64,000 nucleotides of DNA. Source: Tubiluchus corallicola (taxonomy: Eukaryota > Animalia > Priapulida). The stretch is from the NCBI GenBank assembly GCA_030141605.1, contig JAQGDQ010000101.1:253017-317016 (forward strand). Reading direction: 5' to 3'. This document shows positions 24,248 through 37,230 of this stretch, piece after piece (position 1 is the first letter of the stretch; each line of letters begins with the position of its first letter). Made by a program: the position numbers and the translations under genes. A model generated the notes under the pieces. It did not search any database and was not told the DNA's origin. It was given only the letters and a program-made list of their open reading frames with translations.

Positions 24248-24437
24248 GAATGTAGTTAAAGAACTCATACCTTGATTTTAACTTATGCAATAAAGATTTA
24301 TGTAATACGAATACTTGCACTCCGCATCTCATGCGTTAGATTCTAAATTATATGAGAATATGTTTAATACTTTGTAAATGCTTTTGGAAATTTTAAACCT
24401 ATCCCTACAAATAGACAGAATGTATTTAAATATTAAT

Positions 24438-24545
24438 AATGATGAAGATGAGGATGATGATGATGATGATGATGGTGATGCTGATGATGACGATGCTGAT
24501 GATGACGACGATGATGATGATGATGATGATGATGATAATAATAAC
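24438..24545. repeat. (GAT)n microsatellite
   Basis: Seen directly; source of the poly-Asp ORF. Confidence 0.9.
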
Positions 24546-24746
24546 CCAAATTTCCGTAATTGCTTGATCTAGAAGTTAACTAAGAATTCAAACTTAGGCA
24601 AGGGACAAAAACATATTATGTTTAAATTTTTTGACATTTAGAATTCGCTCAAGAAATATTAGCAATAGGTGGCTGTAAAGTCTCCCCAAACTCTCTTAGC
24701 ATCCTTCTTCGGCCCATTTTACAGTGAAAACGCACACCAAAATCCC

Positions 24747-25097
<351 letters not shown>

Positions 25098-26288
25098 GTA
25101 TTATTATATCACAAATGTTATGATTATGGTGGCTCAACAACGCATTAAGAGGAAAGTAAACAAAAGCTCTAGTCGTTCATTATGCGCTAAAAGATGGCAA
25201 ATTGAATGAACAAAAAGCAAGAAATAAGCTTAGTGATTTGAGGTAACAGAACAGAATGTCTATATCATTTACATGATGCATCTAATTAAATTAATTATGA
25301 ATTAAATATGTATGAAATAGGAATCAATTAGTTAAAATATTGTGTAGAAACAAAGGACGGTATCACAGTCACGTATATGACTCATCTGACTTATTACTGA
25401 AACTTCAACGTAATTCATCTGCGTTGCAACAAAAGGCAAATGTGTTACTCTAAAAACGTCTAACTTCTTTTATTGATTAAGGCTAAGTTCTAAGATGAAA
25501 TTATAACAGTTATACATGCAGCCAGTAAAACATTGTTAGAAGATCAGATACAAGAATTCAGGTAAAAGTACGTTCAGGGAAAACAGCAATAGTTCGAGAT
25601 CCATTCTCTGAACCAATCTTGTGCACTGATGCTCGAGTTTTTAGCACTTCATAAGAAATTCCTCATTTGGGTTACAAGAATCGGTTTAGCCCATTTTTGT
25701 CTCGCTAACAGGATATTAGGTTGGACTATATTTTGGAACTTCTCAAACTTTCTTGGCTAGTCAGTGATGATGCCCTCTTTGTATGAGGAGGTAGGGAGAA
25801 TACGGACCAAATATATGTATCAATTAGTCTTGAGTGGTTAGTACAATCCTGTTGCAAAGGATTAAGGATCTATGTGCTCATGTAATGGGTGATGCGCTTT
25901 GACTAGATTATTTTAGTGCCACTCCAAAACAGCTTTCAATCTTTTTTCCAGCGAAAAAGTTACGGAACATTAAGATTATTCCTCTACTATGAAAGAATTA
26001 TATGCGAATTCCAAAAAAATATAATGAGCCTTGGTTCAATAAGGTTTGTATCGCGAATTTTGCGTAATTAATGTCATTTTGACGTTTGTAATTTTGAAGG
26101 CAGAAAATACAGAAAGGTGGGAGATTTATTTATGAAGGACTGAAGACAGGATGACGACGCTAACGTCAAACACTTTTATGAATAAAAACAAAAATAAAAA
26201 TAGAAGTTAAGTAAATTTTAAGCCATGGCTAATAAAAACTTTTTTATTTCGTGGTTACATGGATTCTTGAAAATAAATAAATAAATCA

Positions 26289-26301
26289 ATAATAATTAAT
26301 G

Positions 26302-26377
<76 letters not shown>

Positions 26378-26442
26378 TAATAATAATAATAACAATAATA
26401 ATAATAATAATAATAACAAAAATAATAATAATAATAATAATA
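26289..26442. repeat. (AAT)n microsatellite
   Basis: Seen directly; source of the poly-I and poly-Y ORFs. Confidence 0.95.
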
Positions 26443-26446
26443 GTAA

Positions 26447-27200
26447 CTAGCAAAGGCCCCGCAAAAGATTTTGCGTATAAATACACGTGTAATCAATAAT
26501 ACGTGAACATTCTACCTAGTCCTCATTTTTAACGCAAAGCCGTAGCAGCTTTTACTGAATTAAAGCTATAAGCAGAGTACAATGGATGACGTCACAACAA
26601 TGGCATTGCGTCAGCAGTTTTCTAAGCGAAAATTGCCAAAAATAGAACATCTAATTAACTCGCCAGTACTCCTCTCCGTGGACCTGTCCTAAAATGTAGC
26701 TCACATCATCGTGTAGCCCCGTTCCTCCTCTTTCTAAAGAGCCCCATATCTTCTTCCGAGAGTCCCGCCAGGCGCCGCTAGAACGTTTTTCCCGCAGGCT
26801 GTTTGGTCAAAATTTCGAAAAAATCGCGAGTTGGGTCCGGGAAAACGCCCGTTGCGGGGCGCCGAGGTCCTCTCGCGAATTCTAAATAGGCCTATGACAC
26901 CCAACGCTGAACAGGCTATCTATCCGTACCCAGCACCACCCTCGGCCCATTCCCGTTCTCTACATCTCAGCCGTATAACTTTTGCAAAAAACGGCCGGAA
27001 AAGGGCCATTTTTGGAGGTTTTTCGCCCCCCGTTCCTCGCGGTGGGCCCGATTCGAAAAATAAACCATCAATGGCACGACACTAGATCGAGACCTTTCGT
27101 TTGATATATAGACCGCCGCAAATGGTGCCCTCGTCCGGGCTGTAGCCTCGAATCTTATGTATATATATATATACCAAGAAATTTAATATAAGAGTATAGA
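26447..27200 (-). mobile_element. Non-autonomous Helitron
   Basis: On the minus strand it starts A|TCTATAC and ends CTAG|T, with hairpin CGCAAAA-TC-TTTTGCG about a dozen nt from the 3' end. It is absent from the paralogous site near 38100. Confidence 0.85.
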
Positions 27201-27219
27201 TAGATAATGATAAATGGGT

Positions 27220-28240
27220 TATATATATATATATATAGAACATATAGCAATAGGCACTATTACAACTGTTACAATATAAGTTTGGAAGTTAAATAAATCA
27301 TATAAGATTAAACTGTTCTTGAATCTCTTTGCTCTGCGTCTAGCTAAGGGGTATTTGATGGTGATGAGTGCTGTACCTATGAATATGGGCACCTGGCAAT
27401 AGAGTGTGGAATTTGTTAGTAAGATTTTGAATTGATGAGGAAAACTTTTTTGCAAGAATTTTGGCGACAGTTAAGTAAAGGTTGAAGATCAGAGTAGAGC
27501 CATTCTGCATAGTTTTCATTTGAAAAAATTATTTTAAATGAACGTTTCTGAAATGTTTCTAACAAATCAGAGAGATTTTTGGAGAGAGGTGAGTGTCATT
27601 CCTGATAAGCGTATATTTATAAAGTATAATGTAATTTGGGAAAGTTACTGTTATTAGCGTGAAACAAAGGCTACACTCAATTAGGTTTCTCTAAATAATA
27701 TAACAGCTGCTTCTGCTTTGCTCTGGTAAAATTAATTAGAACTGATCTATTATTACCTGGTGTACAATCCAATTTTAATGAACTAACATGAATGTGCCCG
27801 CAAAAGATGCTTAATTACGATAATGGTGGCGTTGATCAACTCGAACAAAAGAAAAATCCGTGAATTATTTAATTAATCATGAGCGCAGCGAAGTTGAAAG
27901 ACGTGCACGAGTTTCCCAGTAAATCAAGTATGCAGCACGTATGGCAACATTAACGTCTTTAGGTCCTCCAAAATTAACGTATTCCTAAAAACATTTTCTT
28001 ATTTTGATTGAATTATTCTTTGTAGTCATCACGGGCATTTTAGCATTGTACAATGAAGTGAATTCTAAGCAGGCTTCAAAGAAAAATCTTAAACTGGTAT
28101 CCTTTCTATATGGAAACGTCCGAAGTTTTTTATTGGAGGTTTTAGTAAAAAGACAATTTAAAAAACGCTGCAAAATACGATAAGTGCTCAGTATTTTTTG
28201 TTGTAAAAAATTATTAAAGTGTGAACACAATTTATTCATC
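27220..28240 (-). pseudogene. Degenerate L2/CR1-group LINE ORF2 3' relic (paralogous copy at ~38170-38276 plus 43910-44850)
   Basis: Minus-strand translation ends …RRAKRFKNSLILY.LFNFQ, like the RT.RFKNSF C-terminus of L2/Crack ORF2; many stops upstream. Confidence 0.5.
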
Positions 28241-29825
28241 ATTCATCTTAATAAAACTAAAAAAAGCGGTGCTAATATAATCCAGTCAAAATGACAGTTC
28301 GTCGGTGAATGACCCAATAAACGTTGTTTTCTATTTGCTGTGCATATTTTTTTAAAGTTGATAGCTTAACTAGTTTATACGGAGATATGGCAGTTTCTAG
28401 TTTTACAGCATGGGTTTCTGGTAAATACAATAATATATTTCTGCGTTATTTATTCTTCTGTGTTGATAAGTCGGAAGCCAGTGGAATTATTGGAATTACT
28501 GGAAGGTAACTAGTGAAATTGAGCATATGGCAATTTCTACTTTAAGCTAATACAACAAATGATTCACTTTGTTAATTAGTCTTCTGACACTAAATTATTC
28601 AGGAAAAGGCTTCTGGATTAATCAGTGAACTTAGGAGAAGCTACTTAGTGAAAATAAGCAACGAGTAGATGGTAATTTGGACTTTGTTCTTATGGCAGCA
28701 ATGCTATAATAAATTAATGCGTTAATTAATCTTCTGACGCAAAATTGTTCAGGAAAAGGCTTCTGGCTTCATTAGTGGAATTGGGAAAAGTAATTAGTGA
28801 TTCTGAGCATATGGTAATTTCTACTTTGGTCTTATGGCGGTAATGCATAATGATTTGATATATTAAGTATTCTTCTGTCTCTAAATTATTTAAGAAAAGG
28901 TTTCTGGTTTTCCAAAAGATTTGTATTTTATGTTTGAATGGCATTCGTTTGTTGGCTTACACATATGTCAGAAATTTTGTTCATTTGTAATTTTTTATCT
29001 TTATATAAAAGAATAAAAAGTGAAGACTTGTAGGCTGAATTTTTAATCGAAAAAAACCTCGTCAACTTTGTTTCTGATTCAAGTAAGTATAATTATGTGA
29101 AATTAAAGCTGCTTTCCACAATCGTGTTTTATACACGAGAAAGAAATCAAGAACATCGATTAAAACAAGTGCATAATTATTACAATTTACCACGTTTTGT
29201 ATACAACGAAAAATGAAGATGCTTATATTAGTAATTATATCAGCAAATCGAGAAACGCCAGCCTATAAATTATATCATTATACGTTTTAGTATGACGTTG
29301 CACGTAACGACAAGTGATCTATAAATATGATACTGAACTATGATATAGATATAATATATTACTTGTGGTCAATTAGAAACACTATTAAGCTAGACTAAGT
29401 TTTCACGTGGTACTAAAGTATTTTCGTAATACTTACATTCAAATAGGCTGCGCAACTGCTTGCTGTGTGAACTACATTGCAATTCGTTAAGTGTCACTTG
29501 TATAAAAGATTTGCTCAGTAACTTCCTGTGGTGTGTTATAAAATGCGCCCTTTACATGAATTTAAAAGAATACACATTTTCTGAGGTGAATAATTTTTTT
29601 CTAAAATGTGATGTCCTTCAAAACTTTGCTATAGCCTAGTTAGACTATTGGTTAATACACCCCTGATCGGACATCCCATTTTAATCCCGTTACTAAATCA
29701 CATTTTAAGATGTCTGTTTGTATTTTTATTTTTCCGATGTATTTTTATATTTTGTTGTTTTTATTGTAGAAAAGAACTCTAGCTGCTCATTATATCCATG
29801 TAGATAACTGCATTGGATAAAATTT

Positions 29826-30295
29826 ACATTACCTCACTTTACCTTACCTTACCTTACCTGACCTTACCACACCTTACCTTACATTACATTACCTTACATT
29901 ACCTTACCTTACCTTACCTTACCTTACCTTACCTTACCTTACCTTAGCTTACCTTATCACACATTACATTTCTTTACCTTACCTTACCTTACCTTACCTT
30001 GCCTTGCCGTACCTTACCTTACCTTACCTTACCTTACCTTACCTTACCTTACCTTACCTTACCTTACCTTACCTTACCTTACCTTACCTTACCTTACCTT
30101 ACCTTACCTTACCTTACCTTACCTTACCTTACCTTACCTTACCTTACCTTACCTTACCTTACCTTACCTTAACTTACCTTACCTTACCTTAACTTACCTT
30201 ACCTTACCTTACCTTACCTTATCCTACCTTACCTTACCTTACCTTACCTTACATTGCCTTATCTTGCTTACCATACGTTATTACCTTACCTTATG
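29826..30295. repeat. (CCTTA)n pentanucleotide satellite
   Basis: About 90 units; source of the (LPYLT)n ORF. Confidence 0.95.
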
Positions 30296-30591
30296 TTACC
30301 CGAATTCACCTTAATTTTTTGCTTAAACAAGGCTCTGTGTGGAATGGTCACCGGTTATTGATCATTTTATGATCTAATGATAATAGCCGACATGTTACTA
30401 AGCTTATAAGTAACAAAAAGGAAGAAAGAAATAGACACATTTTGCATGAAGCACTGACCACTGACCACATTGAGAGTGCGCCCTGGAATCCTCATAATTA
30501 TGTAGGCCTAGTATTTGAGTAATTGAGTATGCTCGTACTGTTAAAGAAATGAAATCGAAGACGAATTGCACTTTCTTGTAAAATACCCGTT

Positions 30592-30962
30592 GGTAGGCAA
30601 GTAGGTAGATAGGTAGGTAAGTAGGTAGAGGTAGGTAGGCAGGTTGGAAGGTAGGTAGGCAGGTAGGTAGGTAGGTAGGCAGATAGGTAGGTAGGTAGGT
30701 AGTTAGGTAGGTAGGTAGGTAGATAGGTAGGTAAGTAGGTAGGTTGGTAGGTAGGTAGGCAGGGAGGTAGGCAGATAGGTAGGTAGGTTGGTAGGAAGGT
30801 GGGTAGGTAAGCAGGCAGGCAGGCAGGCAGGTAGGTAGGTAGGTAGGTAGGTAGGTAGGTCGGTAGATAGGTAGATAGGTAGGTGGGTAGGTAGGCAGGC
30901 AGGCAGGCAGGTAGGTAGGTAGGTAGGTCGGTAGGCTGGCAGATAGGTAGGTGGGTAAGTAA
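30592..30962. repeat. (GGTA/GGCA)n tetranucleotide microsatellite
   Basis: Seen directly; source of the (LPTY)n ORFs. Confidence 0.95.
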
Positions 30963-31149
30963 GCAAATAAGTAAGCAATCTATTGTTATTAAAGCATAAT
31001 ACACACAATAAAATTTATGTGGTTTTACGTACGTTACGTGTTTTTGCAATAACTTATGGAAACAACAAGGACATTAACACAAATGTTGCAATCAGTTGTA
31101 CAGTGACATAAAGAATTAATATGGGAGATTTACTGAAATTTACTGCTGA

Positions 31150-31780
31150 TGGTGCGAAATGCAACGTGACATAAAGAAGTTAATGTTCTTGTGGTTTTAG
31201 CGTTAATTGAACGGAATCTACGACCAAAGTGGGGGCATTTCAAAATATTTACTACCTGGATGGAATTCATCTTTCATGATAACTTCCGCACTCTTTGCGA
31301 CCCTAGTTTCATTCAAATATGCCATAGATTGCTGTTCAACTCTTATAACTTTTGAGGTGCATTTAATAATTTGATCAAGTGCATTGCGATCTCACTGTGT
31401 GGTGGCGCCATGGTACCAAACAGTGAGGGATGTTGTTAAGACGTTCTCAATTACTGCACGATAAAAACTTTCCATCACAGTAGGGGCAAAGTTATAAGAT
31501 GTCAAGTATCTAAAAAGTACAGACGCTGGCGGGCCTTTTTACACAATAGTCACATTAACTTCCCTGATCATCTGAAATTTTATTCCCAAATATTTGAAAT
31601 CTTTAACAACTTCTGCATCTGTTTTATTTATAAGTAAAGATGCTCTTCCACCAGGCTTCTCTCTAAAATCTACGACAATTTCTTTTGTTTTCCAAACATT
31701 CAGTTCTAAATTATACTATTCGCACCATCGTATTAAATTTTGAACTTCCAGAAAATAATTAGTCTCGTTGTTGTTGCAAA
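31150..31780 (-). pseudogene. Rex1/Babar-like LINE RT C-terminal relic
   Basis: Minus-strand translation gives NLELNVWKTKEIVVDFR…DFKYLG…FYRAVIENVLTTSLTVWY…HPG, with stops and frameshifts. Confidence 0.8.
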
Positions 31781-33506
31781 TAAGATTATTATAATATTGA
31801 TTAATACTAATATTATAATTATTTCATAGTCTATAATAATTATAATTAGTTTAAAATTAAAGTATGATCGGAGGTGTGAATTTAACAAAAATGTTTAGTG
31901 AGTCAGAGAAATTTGTCACATAAGAATATGCAAAATTTAATGAATTTTAACTGGACATCGATAAATTAATTACTGAATAGGAGAAAATTGAACTACAGTG
32001 CTACTGTAAGAGGTTCAGTGTGTTGCACGGCAAATTTTATGATAAACATTAAGCTGCAGTTACACATGAGCTGTCATACGTGTGCAGTTCGTCACAAACT
32101 AAGACATCTGAACAGAGAGGTACAGCACCTGTTTTTGCGCAACGCTTTCCGAAATGCAGGCGCTTGTGCCCGTCTAACTAGCAAATGTCAAAATGCACGT
32201 AACAGCGAATAACTAGAAGTGGGACGTGAAATTGTGATTGTGTAAGTAATAATTCTTTCAAGTAACTCATTCTTTAAAAAATAGTATGTTTCCTTTTAAT
32301 GTTTTAAAGAACAGGTTGTGTTGACCTACACTTTAACATTGGGTCGGGTTTTGCTTTAAGGCCGCCATGTTTTTTGCAGCATTGGCGCCGAGTGAGCGAG
32401 AATGACACGTGATCTGCGCATAAAGCTTCTATGGTCATAATTATGGCGGCTTGCATGGTGCGTGATCAAATTAGACAGAATGTTTCAATTTAGCTAAAAG
32501 TTTTGTGTTAAACGAAACATTTTCACACGGACGCTTTTATTTCAGTTAAGGTAAAAATTTTAAATTAAATAAATTTACCCAGATCTAGGTACGGGAATAA
32601 TATGTATTTGGTTTAGTCGGCATTTTAGTAGATTAAGCAAAGGCCTAACCACTATTCGTCAAAAAAACCTCTCGCACTGAAAACGTATGCTTTGACGAAA
32701 TTACAGACAGCTTTTTCACTTGGGTTCAGTAGTGGTAGATCTACATTGGGACAGCTAGAGAATAGCAAATAGCATTTCAAAATTAAAAAGGATTTGTATC
32801 TAAAATGCACAACTTTAAAGTTTCAATTACAAACTGTCGCAGGTGTAACCACAATACTAAAATTGTGAAATTATTATTAGACTCATGCCTCATATGTCAA
32901 GGCCTACAATATAACGCTACACTTTCGTTCATCTGTGCGTGATACTAAAGCCTATGATACACCGCTGAAATACACAAACCGGCTGAGGTCGGCTATGTTA
33001 AAAAGATCGCTCAAATTAGACTACATTAAAGGAGGAATATCACGAAAATCAAAGCTGAACTTATTTTATAACTGACTTACATGACGGTAATTTGGCAAAA
33101 AAATTTTAGCGCTGCGTTACTTAGTAATTGAGTAATTTATTTATTTTATCCCGCGGGAAAAGTCATGGAGCGCTCTTTGCGCCTCTCCCTGGGAAAAACT
33201 GCAAAATAGCGCAGCCTGCGCAGCTACGTCATAGCCAGTATTGCGGGAAAGCAATATCACAGTTTCAATAATGCTACATACAGTTAGGACACTCCGTATG
33301 TGCGCGCGTGGCTTTTTGTGCCCGCGCATGCGCGAGCCTTAGCCCGGTAAAATTCGCCATTTTGTTTTCTCATGTTAAGATTTAACTGGATTTTAGTTAA
33401 TTTATTTTGGAAATTTTAAGCGCTAACTTTAACTACTGGAAACACTAGATAATGATAACTGTGCATTTACCAAGTCAAAAATGATACCAATAGATATTCT
33501 GGTGTA

Positions 33507-34151
33507 ATGTGGTGTTCTGTCGTGCGTTGCAAAAATGATCAACTCGACAATAAAGACGTCAGCTTTTGTAGATTTTCTCGAGATGACAAGAGGTCTGTAA
33601 TTTTGCACTTAAAATAATTTTGTTATTGTTACATTTTCAGTTAAAATCATTTGCATCTGCTCTAAAAATAATTGAGTTTTCTAGGCTTACTACTATTGTT
33701 CGTTTGTGGAGCAGCAAGCTAACAAGCCAAATTCGAAAATGTACTTAAGTAATAATTTGCAGTAATTAATACCAGGTATAATACCATCTGGTCCACTATG
33801 TTACTAACTAAATTGGCCTTGGACAATAAACAAAATTTTGAACACTGAAAACCATATAAACCAAATTAGTTTGCAAGAACTATCGTATGCAGTATACACT
33901 ATTATTTTTTGTAATGTAGAGCAAACGAAATTTTTGGTTGCATGATAAAATATTTAATCCTTCTAATTTTTAGGTCAAAAGTGTGGACTCAACTTTGTTG
34001 GCAGTGAGATCTGTTGAAAAAAGATGCAGAAACGATATACAAGACTAACCAACTATGAGCTACCCACTTTGAAGATATAATGTTTCAAAACACATGTAAC
34101 TTGAAAAATCAAAATCACCTAAAAGCAAATGTAGCCAAGTCAACATTGTTT
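33507..34151 (+). pseudogene. Two-exon THAP zinc-finger pseudogene (33507-33592, 33974-~34151)
   Basis: MWCSVVRCKN…VSFCRF…|KVWTQLCWQ*DL…QL*ATHFE…STLF: C2CH THAP signature with two in-frame stops. Confidence 0.8.
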
Positions 34152-34214
34152 CAACAGCAGTGAAGAACTAGTGGCGTGAACGTTAAATTGTGTTTGGGTA
34201 ATTCTTTCTCGTAA

Positions 34215-34727
34215 TGCCCACTTTCGGACTTTCATCCGATTTTGTTGGACGACAAAGTCGGCAAACCCGTCCGGGAATTAAACATTTCTGCGTGCGGCAA
34301 CCTCTGTTCTTATACTGTTTACTTTTCGTATTGTACAAGAATTCGTGCTTTCTATATGAATCTGTTAGAGATTCTATTTCCGTAGTGGACCAGGGCCAGT
34401 CGTTGACCATTTTTATACAGCATTGTCCCTATACGTTATTTGTATCAAAACCAAGTCTATATAAGTCTATATAAGTCTGTTATGTGTGAACGCAAGAAGC
34501 ATTGCTATTGGCTGCTATCCCAAAAGTCTCTAGACTGTCGCATGAAAGTTTGACCAATTCCCGACTTTGATCCGACATCTTCCGACAAGTCGGATCTTAA
34601 ATTCTCCCGTTTACATAATATCATACAAAGTCTGTCCCACACCATCCGATTTTGTCGAACGGCTTTGTCTGATCGTGTAAACGATTCATCAGACAATCCG
34701 ATTTAGTCGGATCGTGTAAACCGGGTA
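34215..34727 (-). mobile_element. PIF/Harbinger-type deletion derivative carrying the start of a MADF (Myb/SANT-like) gene
   Basis: TAA duplication (34212-14, 34728-30), with an empty site in the copy near 46850; terminus TACCCGGTTTACACG; ORF begins WSTTEIESLTDSYRKHEFLYNTKSKQYKN. Confidence 0.8.
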
Positions 34728-37230
34728 TAACTCATTTTTGGAAAAAATAGCATGTTTACTTTCAGTATTTTACAGAGTAGATTGTTTTGACCTACAGTTT
34801 AAGATTGATCCCAGTTTTGCTTTAAATGACAAGATGGCTCTTTGAAATTGTTTACATTGTTTAGAAACTTTGTTTTTTTATTTACTCATAAGATTCTTGT
34901 TAGAGTGCATCTCCAATACGTAGTAATACGGCTCAGAATGAATGGCAAACTGCATCAAAACATTCCTAGCTGTGCTTACAAGTTATATGCTATGCATTTA
35001 TTAAAATAAAAAAATGCGTGCTTCACAAAATCGAAAATTTTATAGTTTTGTGTTTTGACCATTTATTCTGCTGTTTTAAAAATATTTGTGATAATGTCGA
35101 TCTACCAGCATCTCAAAGTTGTAATGATTGCAGTAACTGGCTATCGCATTCCAACTTTAATTAAATTTTACAGACAATACAGTTACTCACTAAAGATACT
35201 ATAGCTACTTCTAGTTAGCTAAACTTTCATGCTTCTGCATTTCAATGAGTCTATTATATGTAGTAAATATATGTATATATATATATATATATATATAGTA
35301 TTATTATTAAAATTATTGCTTTAATATATTTTTCTAAGTTGAAATGTTTGTCATGCTTGCAGCAATTTTGCATTATAATTTGCAAAGTAATATTGACATC
35401 AGACTGTAATTACTTCAATTTATAAACATGGCCTGACACTTACATCAATATCAGTCTCAACATTACATAATACAATGTGTATAATTATATATCAGTTCAA
35501 AATTAAAGTTGAAAACCATTTATGACAAAGTTCTTTAACTTTCTTATCTATTTGATGTAGCACTGACAATGCTTTTTCAAGATTTATTACTTTTGTGAAA
35601 GTAAATCAGCAAATTGAACCATTAATAGACCTAATTTTTTACTTCATAGACATTTAACTCATTAAATTACTAATTTTCGTGTGTACCACAAATTGTTTTT
35701 TATTAACGATTCGTTCTTTTGTAAAACTTTTATTGACCTGCATTTATGCAAAATAGATGAAGTAAATAAATAGATAAGTGTTTAAAATACGAGAGAGCTC
35801 TCCTGAGAGTTGTCATCATTTTATTTATTTGCTGGCCTATCGGAATTAATTTGACAGAAATTTTACGTCGTAATGGGACGTTCAGACGTAGAAACTTGTG
35901 AACGGTTTGGCAACTTCTGTCGCAACTTGTTGCGCAATTTCTGTCTGAGATCACACATTTGTTTAAAAATTATTATTGTACTTGTATGCACTTAGAACTT
36001 TCACGACACGGCAGAAAAATTGTTTTTGTCTTACAAACTCGACGGAATTCCACTAATGAGGTGAAGGCATGCAATGACAATTTTATCAGCTGACGAGTAA
36101 GTCAGTTACAAAATAAGTTCAACTTTGATTTTCCTGATATTCCTCTTTTAAATATCAAAACGGGTTATTTCTTTTCGTGCTCGAACCCGCATATTTGCAA
36201 TAAGCTTACTGGGTCCGCTAGACTTTCATCATAAGTGAACATTTTAGTGAGCACCTGGTGCAATATCATCATCGATCTTTGTTATCCCTGCCACTTCTAC
36301 ATATTTTTGATCATATTTTGCATTAAACCAATGTCTGTATGCTTGTCAGAAATTTGTCTTGTTAACCATGTGTTCTAAAGTTTTACAGAAGTTCATGAAA
36401 AATAAACTAGCAGTAAAACACAAAAAAGGCAGGAGAGCAGTATAATTATTATAATAATAATTATTATTATTTCATATCATCTTAACAGTAAGTCTTATAT
36501 AACTTGTATAAGTTACAAAACTGATTTATATGCGTTTGCCTAGACACCAAAATTATTTACTGGGCTTGTAAATAGATAGCCTTTTGTTAAGATGCAGACC
36601 TCATTTTTTAATATCATCTCAAAGTCTTACTGCAGTTTTTGAACTTTCATTTATACTATTAAATCAAGACATTATCAATCGATTGAATCACTGGTCTGTT
36701 TATTGTAACACTTTACTCTTCTAACAGATGTTCAAATGTTCAATTCAGATGTCGCCATTGGCTCCATTTAACTCCTACAATGATTGCTGACGTTTTGAAC
36801 AAGGTAACCCAAACTAGATTCTTTTAGTGCCACTCGAGCAATCCAAAACAGTTTTCAATCTTTTTTCCCTCGAAAAATTATTAATTTTAATATCCCTCGA
36901 TAAAAAGAATATTAAGATTATTCCTTTACTATCAAAGAATTATATGCGAATTCCAAGAAATATAATAAGCCTTGGTTCAATAAGGTTTGTATCACGAATA
37001 TTGCGTTATTCTACATTTTTTTAATTCAATGTTATTTTGACGTTTCTGATTTTGAAGGCAGAAAATACAGAAAAGGTGGGAGAGTTATTTATGAAGGACT
37101 GAAGACAGGATAACGAGCCAACGTCGTGGATTAATCTAGGAAAACAAAGACAAAGCGAGAATCTAAAGCTTATTTAAACTGCTTCATATCTCAGAATAAA
37201 CTATGCTTAACTCTTAGCAGAATGTAGCAT

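Larger units (their letters stand above)
25902..29181. repeat. Composite repeat block, copy A (copy B = ~36813-38276 plus 43910-45841)
   Basis: Colinear alignment over more than 2 kb once copy-specific insertions are removed; includes ~150-bp sub-repeats beginning TAAATTATTCAGGAAAAGGCTTCTGG. Confidence 0.85.
33030..36147 (+). mobile_element. Kolobok-type DNA transposon derivative
   Basis: ~50-bp TIRs (AGGAGGAATATCACGAAAATCAAAG… and its inverse), purine-purine termini, TTAA on both sides (33026-29, 36148-51), and an internal THAP relic. Confidence 0.85.

Noticed and set aside
29826-30295. (CCTTA)n as an interstitial telomere
   Set aside because: The reverse complement is (TAAGG)n, not TTAGG or TTAGGG; better explained as a LINE tail or simple satellite.
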